A DNA stretch of 64,000 nucleotides from Paragordius varius (taxonomy: Eukaryota; Animalia; Nematomorpha), in contig OZ176052.1 of assembly GCA_964247055.1 (NCBI GenBank), forward strand, positions 8,866,001 through 8,930,000, in the 5' to 3' direction. This document shows, one piece after another, positions 25,759-38,617 of this stretch. The translations under genes and the position numbers were made by a program. Every line of letters starts with the position of its first letter. Within the stretch, counting starts at the first letter, position 1. The notes beneath the pieces are model-generated. The model worked only from the letters and a program-made list of their open reading frames with translations, searched no databases and was not told the DNA's origin.

Positions 25759-28700
25759 TTATTCTTTTCTGTCAGTTTCCAACACCTTTCCATTTATTGT
25801 TTCTTTTGGAGTCTCAGTTATCTTTTTGCCATTTATAGCTGCTGTCTTGCCAGCAGTTGTATCAGGTATGGGAGGGGGAATAAAATATTTGGGATATTTG
25901 ACATACCATTCATTGAATAAATCATGTGATAGTTTTTGGTCTCCCCCCTTTTTATCCTTTTTATTATTTGATGTGAGATCATTAGGTGTTGCATTCGTGT
26001 CAATACTGGTAACTTTGTCTCTCAAAGGGCGTTTTCCCTCCAAATTCTTTGGGTTAAAGAAATGCGTCGTAAAATATTCGTAAAGATTAATTAAACAGTA
26101 GGAGTCTAATGCGGCATAATAGATTTGTGCATCACGTAATGGTCTTTGAGACCAATCAGATTGTTGTTCCGTTTTATCTAAACATTTGCCAAAACACCAA
26201 TGTATTAGTTGAGATAATCCTTTGCATGGGCACAAGGGTAGTAGGGATAAAGAGGGATCAATCGCGCCCATTTTATATCTTGAGCGTCTTTTTCCTTTTC
26301 GTACATTGTTTTGTGGAGTCATTGTAGACGTGACTTTATTTGTTCCATTAGTTAATGGCTGCATTGTGGCATCCTGAGTATTTTTTGTCTGTTGAGGTTG
26401 AGGTGTAGGTGTTGGTATTGGCAATTTCGGATCATAATAATATGGTAATAGATTGGCTTGAAAGTGTTGTTTTACCAATATCAAGTCTAAAATGTTTTTC
26501 ATGGATTTGATAGAAACGGTAGTATTAATTGTATCTGAGTAGTTAATGTTATTATGATTATGTAAATCAAGGACATCATCATTTAGATTCATTCGTCCAA
26601 ATTGAGCTTTGATTTTTGGGGAGGCTTCGAGTTTTAAAAACTCTTGTACCATATTTGTGATACGAGTCAAATCTTCCATAATACTAAAACCAAGTTTCAC
26701 AACATTTTTATTACCAAGAACATCCGACATAAACGTCATCCAATGTTGTTTCAATTGTTTAAGTTCTTGAGGTGTATATCCATTATATTGACATAATTCA
26801 ACCATATCGATTAAAAACACTACGCCATGAGTCGATATTTGTAAAAGGGATATATCCGGTAATGTTCCTAGCGGATTGACAGGGACCCATTCACAATCAA
26901 GCCCTATTATGCGGATATTCTAATATAATATATATTAAATTAGTTGCATGCCGAAAACTATACTCTTAACCCTTTAGTTATTAAGGCATTCTATCAATTT
27001 ATAACCGTTACAAAAACATACTTAATTAAATATAGAGGAATAAAAACATAATATTTTTAATTTTTTTCACTATGCATTAAATATCAAACAGGTATAGCTC
27101 AACTTTCAAACCATTTTTCAAAAAACAAATTTAATACAGTAAAAATTGAAATTATACGGAGATAACGTAAAAATATAAGACAAATATTTTTTTCAAAAGA
27201 CCGTTGTGCCTTTTTAAACTTGTTATGTCAAATACAACTTATTGTTTTAAATTTCATAAAAGGAAATAGAGATATATATAAAATCAGGGTTAAAAAAAGT
27301 TTGGTTGTCAATACTTGTCTTTATATTTTTACGTTTTGACTGTAAAATTTAATTATTACTGTAATTATTGTAAATTAAATAGTAATGACGCCGCCTAGAC
27401 CATTCTTCCGATAAATTGATAAAAGAAGTCTTTTGAGCGAAAATGTTATAGTTTATTTTGCTAACATTTATCATATTTTTAAAATTAAGCATTGATGATA
27501 TATGGATAAAAAAATAATTTAACATATTAAATCTAAGTTTTAAGTTTATAGCTATCAAACCTTGTTTAATTTAAAAATTTGACAAATGTTACAAACTCGT
27601 AAATACTGTCATAAATTTTTTCAACCAAACATGGAGCAAAAATATAAATTTAGTTATGAATGTTTTATTGGTGATTGTATAGAGCGTGTTATCTACTTAG
27701 CCATATTTTTTATTATTTAATACATTTTTCATTACATTTGTTTATCATAATCCCCAATCTTACGTAAGGAAAAAAATTACGGCCTTTTTCACAAATTGAC
27801 AGTTTTTTTGTATAAAACATTGTCACTTTATATATTTACACCTTATATATTCAAAACTTAACTGTAAAAAAATAAGCTAATTCACATATTCTTTTGATTC
27901 CAAAAAAAAATAATTATCTTACATTAGATGTAAGGTAATCCATCATAAGTTTAAAGGCAGGGATGTGGTCGACCCATCTTATAGCTGTTTTGGGTAAATG
28001 CATTTCATAATACTGAGTGTGTTTTGGAGTAATTTGCAATCGATTAAACGGTTTATACAAATGAACATTTAATGTTGGTTTTCTATATCTCCTTACCGAA
28101 TGCAAACTTACGTGAGAAGCTCTGTTCATTTTCATATGGTATGTAACCTATATATATATCACAGTATTTTTGTTTACGCAATGAAATTATACATTAATTT
28201 AAAATAAAATTTGAAAATTGCATAAGATTAATACTGGACAGCAAATAAATACGAAAAATTTTATTGGGGATTGGGTTTGCTCGTTCTAATGCTAGCTAAG
28301 ATTTCGTTTCCATTTTTTTTAAATTTACAGACTCATATTTTTTTGATATAATGAATTTTCGGTTGTAAAAATATTTAAGAAAATAGAGTATATTTTCAAA
28401 ATCAAATATACTTTAATTAACAAGATTAAAGACGGTTTCTACATAAACACACTATTTCCCTGTATAAAATATTAATTGTGTTGAAATATAAAAATTATTT
28501 AAAAGTAATGGGCATTTTTTGATCTTTTGAATAGCCTGTCAAATATCTAAATAAAAACATTTAAGTACCGGTTTGTAAAAGATATTAAGAATTATAGTCT
28601 TTGTTTTTAATAAAATTGGGTATGACCGCTGTGTTTTCAAAAACATAGAATAAAAAATTTAAAATATTATGAAAATAATAATCATGATTTTAAAAAAAAA

Positions 28701-30140
28701 GATATTTAAATTTTGACTCGAGTAAAACCAAATTTTGTTAGTTAACGTTTTGTTTAACTCGATTATAATGTGTAGTCAAATTAAAGAATATAATATATAT
28801 TTAAAAAAAAACAACTTACTTGTTTGTCATGATAAAATGATGGGAACAACTTAAGTTTCCAATATAAAGCATAATATGTATCCTTATGCATAGCATTGAT
28901 ATATTGTATGCAATATTCAGGGTAATGGTCAAAGTATAGTTTTACCTATTATAAAAATAAAAATTCTACAAACTATAGATAGCCATATTTTACTTTTTGG
29001 TTAGAATAAATAATTCAATCAATATGTTTGAACGAACTTTTTTGGATGTTACAATGCGATTGAATAATTGTAAATATTGAGCATTAGACTAATCGTTTAT
29101 TTAAGTTTGCAATTATGATATTAGTTTACTTATTATGACTGATAAAGGAATTTATTAGAGGACAGACGAATCTTTATTTTTTGACTGATTAAAAGGCCAG
29201 TACTTTTGAATATATAAAAAAATTAAAATGACAATATTTTATAAATAAAATATCATATTTTTTTAAATTAAATAAATTAGTTGGGGAAGTTTCTTATTTT
29301 ATATTGACCTTCATATAAGTGTTGTGAAAACTTAGGTCAATTACAATGTAAAGCTGATTTGTTCTTTCTCTTTAAAAATTTTATTAACATTATGTTGGAA
29401 GATACAAAAAAGAAATATAAACTTCAATTAACTTAAAATCAAATATTATACATGACTGTATTTTACAAAAAAATATTTGTCAACTTTTTTTTAACAAGAG
29501 GGTTATTCAAAAGTCTGTGGCCAATAACTATAGAGCGAAAAAAGTTCAAGAGCGTGTGTAAATAAAAAACAGCAAAAAGTTTTTTAACTGTTTTATAGAT
29601 CTGATTATTAGATTTTAAGTCGCTTAATCAGATACCGAACACAATTAAACCACTATCATTCCACGGCAACTTGATATAATCAAAAAAAAATGATTTTAAT
29701 TAGAAAATAAAATAACCAGTTCGTAATCGTAATACTGTTGATTGATATTCAAAATATAATAATAGGAATTCATAATTTTTTGCATCCGTAATTTAGGAAA
29801 TATTTCTAATAATTATAAATAAATAAACCTATCGATTGATTAGTAATTTTAATCATATAGAAAATCATTTCTTTAACAAATGATTTATTGAGAAATTTTG
29901 AATAAGGGTCAAAACAGGAAGGTTTGTCATCATAGAACGAATAAAAATGTTGCAAAAGATGTGTATGATGACATTTCTTAGATCTTATAAATTCTTTAAC
30001 TAGACCTTTTTGCTTAGGATCATTAATAAGATTGATAAAAATATCCTAGGTATAAAAAATACACTTACTAAAAAAGCCGTAAAGTCTAAATTCTGATTAC
30101 AAATATCTTTGAAGACAAATTTTTGAATTGTTTCAGTCAT
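25759..30140 (-). CDS. EXD3: EXD3/Mut-7/Nibbler DEDDy 3'-5' exoribonuclease, 7 exons, ~646 aa
   Basis: Exons 30140-30069, 30045-29829, 29805-29717, 29088-29038, 28945-28820, 28147-27923, 26919-25759 (1941 nt, phase-consistent GT-AG; first two introns 23 nt). Exonuclease motifs: IGLDCEWVP, SLLQIS..VFLIDM, VVKLGFSIMEDL, GLSQLIHWCFGKCLDKTEQQSDWSQRPLRDAQIYYAALDSYCL. YYEMHLP precedes the domain, as YYQLPIP does in human EXD3. The last two exons are secure; exons 1-5 rest on weaker similarity plus splice signals. Confidence 0.85.
27137..27342. mobile_element. Small Tc1-like MITE in EXD3 intron 6
   Basis: TA|CAGT...ACTG|TA termini. Internal inverted pair ACGTAAAAATATAAGACAAATATT / AATACTTGTCTTTATATTTTTACGT. 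Confidence 0.5.
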
Positions 30141-30149
30141 TTGATACAC
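30141..30149. promoter_or_regulatory. 9-bp spacer between the divergent EXD3 and PNPT1 start codons (shared control region inferred)
   Basis: Sequence CAT-TTGATACAC-ATG. Each ATG is the first after an upstream in-frame stop (30087-30089 on +, 30170-30168 on -). Confidence 0.55.
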
Positions 30150-33100
30150 ATGCTCACGTTTCGTGGTTTAAATTTCAAATTTTTTAGGAAGCTCAATGTG
30201 GGACGCAAGTTTGATATGCCTTTAATCTGTCAAATAGTTTTGAAATATCTACAGGTAAATTAGCCAAATTAGCAGAAAGTTCAGTTGTTGTTAAGGTACA
30301 TGTTACTAATTAATTTTAGTTGGGTGAAACATCAGTAATGGTGACAGCGATATCGAGCAAAAAGCCAAATCTATCCGCACAATTTTTGCCTTTAACCGTA
30401 CTTTGTTAGTTAATAATTTAGGTTGATTATAGACAAAAAGCAGCCGCTGGCGGACGCATTCCTACAAATTTTTTGAGGCGAGAATTAGGAATATCGGATA
30501 AAGAAATATTAACTAGTCGTATGATTGACCGTTCTATACGGCCAATGTTTTATCCTAATTATTTTTATGATACACAAGTTAATTAACTTAAAACTATTTA
30601 GGTTGTGTGCAATCTTTTAGCTGTTGACGGTATTAATGATCCTGATGTTGCATGTATTAATGGTGGTATGCTTTTAGTACACTTTTAATAATCGGCTATT
30701 GTTTTCTTCCCTATATTTTATCAATCGTTACATACAACTCAACAATAAAATTTTATTTCATTTTAATTGACAGTAAATAGTAGAAATGATTTTTTAAACT
30801 GTGAAAAATTAATATACAGATGTATATTGCAGATAAAACTTTTTTCTATACTCATTTATATAATTTTTTGATAGGAAGGTTTTTTTACTTAATGTTTCTT
30901 TTTTTATTCTTTAAGCGTCCGCAGCCATAAACCTATCAACAATTCCTTGGTTTGGGCCTGTAGGTGCTGTCCGGCTTTCCTTGATTGATGGGGAAATCGT
31001 AGTCAATCCCACCAGGAGGGAACAATCACTCGCCAATCTCAATCTTGTTTTAGCTGGCACGCTAGGGAACAAAGTAGGTTTGTTCCCAAAAAATGCATTT
31101 TTACTACAATTTAAGTCCCACTTTTGTCGCAAATTTAAACATAATATCTATTCAGGGGGATTTTTACAATAGATGTGGCATACTAGGGAACAAAATAGGT
31201 TTGTTTTGAAAATTGCATTTTATAATAACGCAAATTTTCAAATAAGACTCAAACGCATTGCTATTTCTGCGTTAAATATTGCTAGATAGCATACACAGTA
31301 CAGGAAAATACTACTGGCTTTAAAGTTGATGTTTTTGTTTTTTGATATAAGCCTGTTTGTGCCTTGCTGTATTTGTATTTGATAATATCCATTGAAAAAC
31401 TAACACTGAATTTTTACTCTTACTGTACTTTTAAAGAGGAATACATGTGCGCTAATGATGATTTTTCCATTATTATGCCCTATATTATTTGACTTATGTT
31501 TTTTCCCCTTTTTTAGTAAATTTTACTGTAGTATTTATAATATCTTGAAATTTTCCATCATTAAATATAAATATCCAAAATTTGAACCACATAAAAGAGT
31601 TGCGATATATATATTTTTAAATCTAATATTTAACCTTACCTTTGCATATTTTTTCATCATAAATGCAGTCCTTTTTGGCCGTTCCACTAATAAGCGTATT
31701 GGTTCATATAGGAGTCGGCAACCTTTTTGGGACTGCCGACTATTTTAATAATATTTATTAAGCAAACGGCATATTTAAATTATAAATGTTACTTTTATCA
31801 ATTATAAAATTTAAAATAAATTTTTTTAAATAATTAAATCTCATTTCAATACGTTGAATTACTCTAAGTGCAAATAAACTAACCTGTTCATTTCATATAT
31901 TTTCATTAACTCTTTTTTAATACATTTTATAAAAATAATTATTAATTTTGAATTATATTAGACGTTTTGATCGAGTAAATATTCATAATACTGGTCTCTT
32001 TAATATTTGTTCAATTCTGTCATGGATTGAGATTTTTTATATATTTACTTTCATGTCTAATTGGTGACTCAAATTAATATTTTCCAAGTATTTATAATAT
32101 TTACGAATTAGACATAGTATTCTTAATCACCACTAACAAATTCTCGGTTTTCTCCTTCATATATTTTATCAATTCACTCAGAAAACATATATTATAGTGA
32201 TTTTCCATTCTTGGTCTATTGGGAATCCCTATACATAACTGATCATTATCGGTTTTTCTTGATGTTTCTATTATTGCAGATATTTCTTACCGATTCAGAC
32301 GCGATCAATCACTCTTCTAAGTTTAATATGTTTTTCGCTAAAATCTTTTCATTTTTATTGGTTTATATTATATAAATGCACATTCATATAAGAAATAAAA
32401 ATTATTTTCATTATTACCCACATATTTTATATATGCAGTAATGTTGGAGGGTTTTGGTGACGAAATACCCCTACATGACATTATGCGTGCCATAAAAACG
32501 GGACTTAAAGAAATACACGGAATCATAAAATCGATTAATCAATTAACCCAAAAATTTGGGAAAGAGAAAAAAAGTTGCCCTCTTGAATCCTCAAAAATAA
32601 TGCAATCATCAACATCTTTGCCTGTATTGGAACAGGAAGCAGCATTGAACACAAAAAAGAGCGATGTTGAGATTCGGAATGATATAAATTCTTATTTGGT
32701 ATAAAGTTTTTGAAATATGTACTCCATGTGTGATCAAATTAATATATTTTTTATTTTTTTTGCTTTGATTTTTGAAGAAAAAGTTATAAATGCTTCAATA
32801 TAATCTTAATCTTTTTCACTTTTAATGTATAAATTTTATATTACGGCAATAGGTTTCTTGTAAATTTAATTTATATAAGCTTTGATAATGAAATATATAA
32901 ATATATATAATGCGTATATATTGTTAATTATGAACGATTATTATTTATTTAAAAATTTAATTTATTGCCTTGTTTTATTTTTATTTTCCCCCAATTTTTT
33001 TTTATTAAACGTCAATTTTTTCAACAAATCGCAGTTCTTACACTGTGTTATTTTTTTGGAAAAAAATATATATTTTTACTAAATTAATTTTTTTGGTTCA

Positions 33101-36100
33101 TAGGACACCGATTATAAAGAACAACTTTTAACCATACTTACGAATCATAAGCTAGATAAACAGCAAAGAGATGTGGAACTCACCAATTTTCGAACATTAG
33201 CTAGTGATGCTATTAATTGTAATTATTCTATTTTAACAGTCAAAAATTGATAATATTTAAAAGAAAAAGCCTATCATTTTTTTAAATGATAACCTTTTTA
33301 ATCCTTTTATTCTATCTAATTTATATGATTACGTTTGCGAAATGTATGAAGGTGTAACTTTTTTATCAGTAATCTGGGTATATATAAAAACTAAGGAATA
33401 AAACTTTTTTTACTTGTGTTAAACAAGCATAATATTTACTGTACTATAGCAAAATATCCAAATACGGAAAGTAATACCGTTTCTCAGTCTGTTAACATTT
33501 TTGTCAAAGATCAATTTCGACAAATGATTTTAGAGGATGGATTAAGGTATAAAATCATTAAATTTTATCATATTTAATATTTTTTAAATTAGAGCTTTTT
33601 ATCTTTTTGATTTGTGTATTTTTAAAGTGTAATGAAATATAATTTTATTTTATATATTTTATTTTATTTCATTCCGCCATTCTTTATCTAAAAAATGTGA
33701 AATGATGAAAATATTAGTTATTTTTCCGTTAATTAGATTGGTTTTTATTAAATTCATAACTAATTCTTGTTTTGTAATATCCATAATTCTTGGTTATGTT
33801 GTCAATAGTATAATAGAGTTTGATAAAATATTTTTTGAATACTTTTATTATATAAAATAAAATTAAAGATTATTTTTTCCATTTTTTATACTTTATGGAA
33901 TGGTATTACTTGAAAATTTTATGTTTTGGTTTTGCAATTAAATATTCGATAATCAAGCTTTTATTAACTGCCAATCCTTATTTAATTCATGGATTTTGAA
34001 AATTAAGACATTAATATATATTTTTTAGTTATACAACTATATAAATTCAATTAATAATTTTAATATGTAATATTTAAATTATCGTAAAATGTCATGTTTT
34101 ATTTTTTAAAAAAAATAATAATATAAAGGGTAGACGGGAGACAATTGGATGAAATAAGGAATATTGAATGTGAAGTTGATTTATATAAACCGTTACATGG
34201 GTCAGCACTCTTTACAAGGGGACAAACACAAGTTCATAGTTTTCTCCAATTATTTAGGATAACTATTTTGATTTTTTTTCAATTAACTATTTTGATTTTT
34301 TTTTAAAAAAATTAAAAAAAAATCAATTTGTAAAAAATTTATTTTTTAGGTTTTATGCACTGTTACGTTTGATTCACTTGATGCCGCTTTTAAATCAGAT
34401 CCCATTTCAATTCTTACAGGGTATTAATGAATTATCTAATATTTATACATAGAGCTATCAAAGAAAAGAATTTTATGCTACATTATGAGGTAAATTTATA
34501 CTAAAATATTTTGTTTTATTTATTATTTTACTATTATTTGCAACCAAAAGGTTTATTTTTTAATCTTATTTGTTAAAGTGTTGTCACATGATGCGTAATA
34601 AATAACTTATACTTAGTCAATTGATTTTAATAATTTTGGCGTTTTTCATGACTTTAACCAATTAAATTGGTGTTAATTCGTAATGACAGTGTATTGTTTT
34701 CAAAAGTAAGGTTTTTATGGGATCTTTAGAATGCACCATCTATAAGTTGAGGCGAGGTTTTAACTTTTAATACTTTTTATCCGACATAAATAAATTTAAA
34801 AACTGCGCAGTTTTTCCATTATCACTGGCAGTCCTGGATAGGCGAATGTTAAAGCTTTCACCCGTCACGATTTTATTTAAGTCCATATCCTTTGATAATA
34901 AAGGAAAAATGAGACTATAAAGTGTAAATATAAGCGTAAAATCATACAACTCATATATGTGTGAATGTACATTTGCTCATATTTAGTTTCCCCCTTATGC
35001 CACGAATGAAATTGGGAAAGTTGGTTTTGTGGGCAGAAGGGAGCTTGGACACGGGGCTTTGGCTGAGAGAGCGCTCAGAGCAGTTTTACCTGCAAACAAT
35101 GATTTCACTATACGGCTTACTTCGGAGGTCCTAGAATCTAATGGTATTTCATTATGCTTTAATATAATTTGATTCTATGTAGTTTATATGGAATGTACTT
35201 GTGTAATTATATAAAGGGTATTTGAGGTTTATTTTGTTAAAAAAAGTGCTGGTTACTATATTTAAATTATTTCTCTTACATAATATAAAGCTGCTAATTC
35301 CCCCCTTAGTTTTCGAAACCCAAAAATCTAATCAGCTCTTATTTTTATTATGTTTTCCACAAATGTGATTTTATATAGTTATAATTTTATAAAATTTAAT
35401 TTAACGTAAATGATTTTTTAAAATCTAAACTTCATTTCGGAAAACGAATATAGTATAAAAATTATCTATTTTAAAACTTACAACTTTTTTTTTATTTTGC
35501 CTAGGGTCCTCATCAATGGCTACTTGTTGTGGAGGTACATTAGCTCTTTTAGATGCTGGAGTTAACATTACTAATTCTGTTAGTGGGGTAGCTATAGGAT
35601 TAATTACTGATTATACCTCTAATAATATTCAATCTAATAATTCTTTTGATCAATCATTATCCAATGATCAAACAACACCAACTTTTACGAAATATCGTGT
35701 GCTAACCGATATTCTTGGCATCGAGGATTACTATGGGGATATGGATTTCAAAGTTGCCAGCACTAAGAAGGGAATCACATCTCTGCAAGTAAATATAGTT
35801 TTAAGATTTTTATTGATGAAATTAATCAACAATTAAGCAGAATACAAGTTTATGTTTTTGTTAAATGACGAATTCAAAAATTAGTCAAGTTTTAATTAAA
35901 GCACAAATGTCATCTAATGCGATCTCCATTTAATAACTTATTTGAATAGTTTTTATTATTTCGAATCAATATAATTAATTGTTTGTAGTATAATTTAATG
36001 TCTTTTGACCTTGTTGTAATATTATATACACGGATACAAAGATATATAATTGTTTTAGGTAACTGACATTAAATGCGATAGTTTTATTATTGAAAAATGA

Positions 36101-38505
36101 GCATTATGTCATCAAATAAACTACAGCTGAGTTTTACTTTTGACCCTAAAAACAAAAAACTAATATATTTTTCTTTTCTAATTTTACTTAAAATCCTCTT
36201 TTATTTACTACAAATTATCTAATTTTTTATTCAAAACTCTTTAATATTTGAAATTTATTGCAACATTCCTTAGGCCGACATAAAATTACCCGGTATCCCA
36301 GTTTCATTAGTTCAGGAAGCGCTTGAAAAAGCACGCTTGGCAAATAATAAAATTCTAAAAATTATGAATTGTACACTAGCTCAGCCAACCGATAAAAAGG
36401 AGAAAGATAATAAACCTGTAACGGAAAAACTTATTATTCCACTCACTAAACGAGCCAAATTTATGGGTTATGGTGGATATAATATCAAAAAAATTCAAAA
36501 TGATACAGGTAAATTTTTACATAATCTGTAAATACTGTAATTTTGATATGTTTTATATTTTGTGTTACGTCTGCATAGATGGTATAAAGATTGATTTAGT
36601 TCATTTTTGTGACCGTTCGCTATTATTCCAAATCTTTTGATATATAATAGTTTTGTTGATTTTGATGGGTATATGTTTATAAGGATTTCTCTTGAAAACC
36701 GTCAATCTCTGGGGTTTTATTATTTAGTATATATGCATGGACGCATTCGATTTCTGCTTGCTAACATTGTATTTGGTTCTGATTTATGAGAATATTTTAT
36801 AGTTGTTCCATATTTAATTTTTTTTCCTTTCAAAGATTTTTTCCACCTTGTAAAAGTTGGAACTTTTTAGCAGACATTAACAGAAGATATGGCAAAAATA
36901 CACCAATAAAATTTTGATCTTTTTTCTGTACTCGAAAATCCATTAAAAGAGTGGTAGAAACCATAATTTTTTATGATGCATCACAGTTGTAAATCAAGGA
37001 CCCATAGATATACACTATATATATGTTATGAATAGAAAATAATAAATTAAAAAACATTTCTAGTCAAACTAATAGATATTATTATTAACATCATACGTCA
37101 TCATAAATTTTTTGAAAAACGATTATCAAAAAAAGATTAATTTAATTAACATTAATTTAAAAGTTTAAACATGTTTTTGGTTTTAAATATTTTCTAAATT
37201 ACGATAATATTTAATATTTTTTTTATAAAAAAATAAATGTCGAAAAAAATCGACCATGTTTTTACAAATTAATTTTTATATTGACATCTTCTGCTTTATA
37301 AATTGTACCATTCATTTTCTTTTTTCATGGAATAATCAATATTTTTAATTCTTAGTTTTATTAATAATATCATTTGCTTATTACACTATGCATAGGCATT
37401 CAAATTACACCCTTTGATGAAACGACATACAATTTATTTGCCCCAAATCAAACGGTAATGAATGAAGCTAAAGAAAAAATCCGTGAATTAATGGATTCGT
37501 CTGAAAAAAGTGGTGGGGGACCACCCACCCCTGAAACCTTGTTTGAATTTGGTGATGTTTTAACCGCTAAAATTGTTGAGATTAGAGATATTGGCCTTAT
37601 GGTATTGTTACATCCCACACTTCAACCAACTTTGCTACATAATTCACAACTTGATACGCGAAAGGTAGCTTTGTGTTTATTGATTATTTATTTGAAAAAT
37701 GATTTTTTTTTCGTTTTTATCATGAATTTAAAACTGCAATTTTGTTGCTTTGAAAATGAAATGTTTTTACACTGTTTGCAACTGCTTAATAAATTAGTAG
37801 GATGTTATTTTTAATGTGTAAAATTTGTGACAATTGTGGAAAAAATACACGAGTCTATATCCAAATCATGACCCCATTTTTTAAAAAATATTAATTAAAA
37901 TTTAATTTTATATAATAATTTATAATACATGGAGGATATTACAGAGGTGTGGTTCACTGTATATACAAATATTTTTAGCTTTGTTTAAGCGCATAATTAA
38001 TTGCATTCTATCTGATGTTAAAAATCTATTTAGACCAGGGGTGTTCAAATGCAGCCCCTCAAAATTTTTCTGCCGGGATAAATACAAAATTTTGCGGAAT
38101 CTAAGACCAAATTATTTTCTTAACCAAATCCTTGATAAATCGTTCAGAACTTTGGCAAGAACTAGCAAAAATGTTAAAATAAATAGTTGTTACAGTCGTA
38201 GATCGAAAATCTAATAAAATATTTGTTATTGCTCATATATTTTCCAAATGCCGCCCTCCGAATTTTTTGATCTATGCGAAGCCATTTCAATTGGACACCC
38301 CTGATTTAGACAAAATTTTGAATAAATATCTTATTTTTCTTTTCTTTAGATCAAACATGCAAGCGTGCTCGGTTATGAAATTGGTCAAGAAATTTTAGTC
38401 AAATATTTTGGTCGAGACCCGGTCACCGGAAACATTCGATTATCAAGGAAAGTTTTAACTAATGTCACACCTAATGTTAACAAATCTATTTCTTCCAAAC
38501 AATAA
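30150..38505 (+). CDS. PNPT1: Mitochondrial polyribonucleotide nucleotidyltransferase (PNPase), 17 exons, ~786 aa
   Basis: Exons 30150-30208, 30238-30295, 30320-30397, 30422-30577, 30602-30665, 30916-31077, 32439-32698, 33104-33218, 33450-33546, 34129-34231, 34350-34420, 34453-34489, 34987-35143, 35505-35788, 36274-36508, 37396-37664, 38350-38505 (2361 nt). Motifs: [94 protein letters not shown], plus KH and S1 domains. The short acid-free N-terminus [19 protein letters not shown] is presequence-like. Confidence 0.96.
38036..38303. mobile_element. 268-bp hAT MITE in the last PNPT1 intron
   Basis: TIRs CAGGGGTGTTCAAAT / ATTGGACACCCCTG with a perfect 8-bp TSD ATTTAGAC (38028-38035 and 38304-38311). 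Confidence 0.92.
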
Positions 38506-38617
38506 CATTATTATAGATAAAGAAAAGTGCATTTTGGTTTAATAATAAAATGGTGTATTCTATAATAAATTATAAAAATTTACTTAACCAAAAAAAGGAA
38601 CATTCAAATGTTATAAT

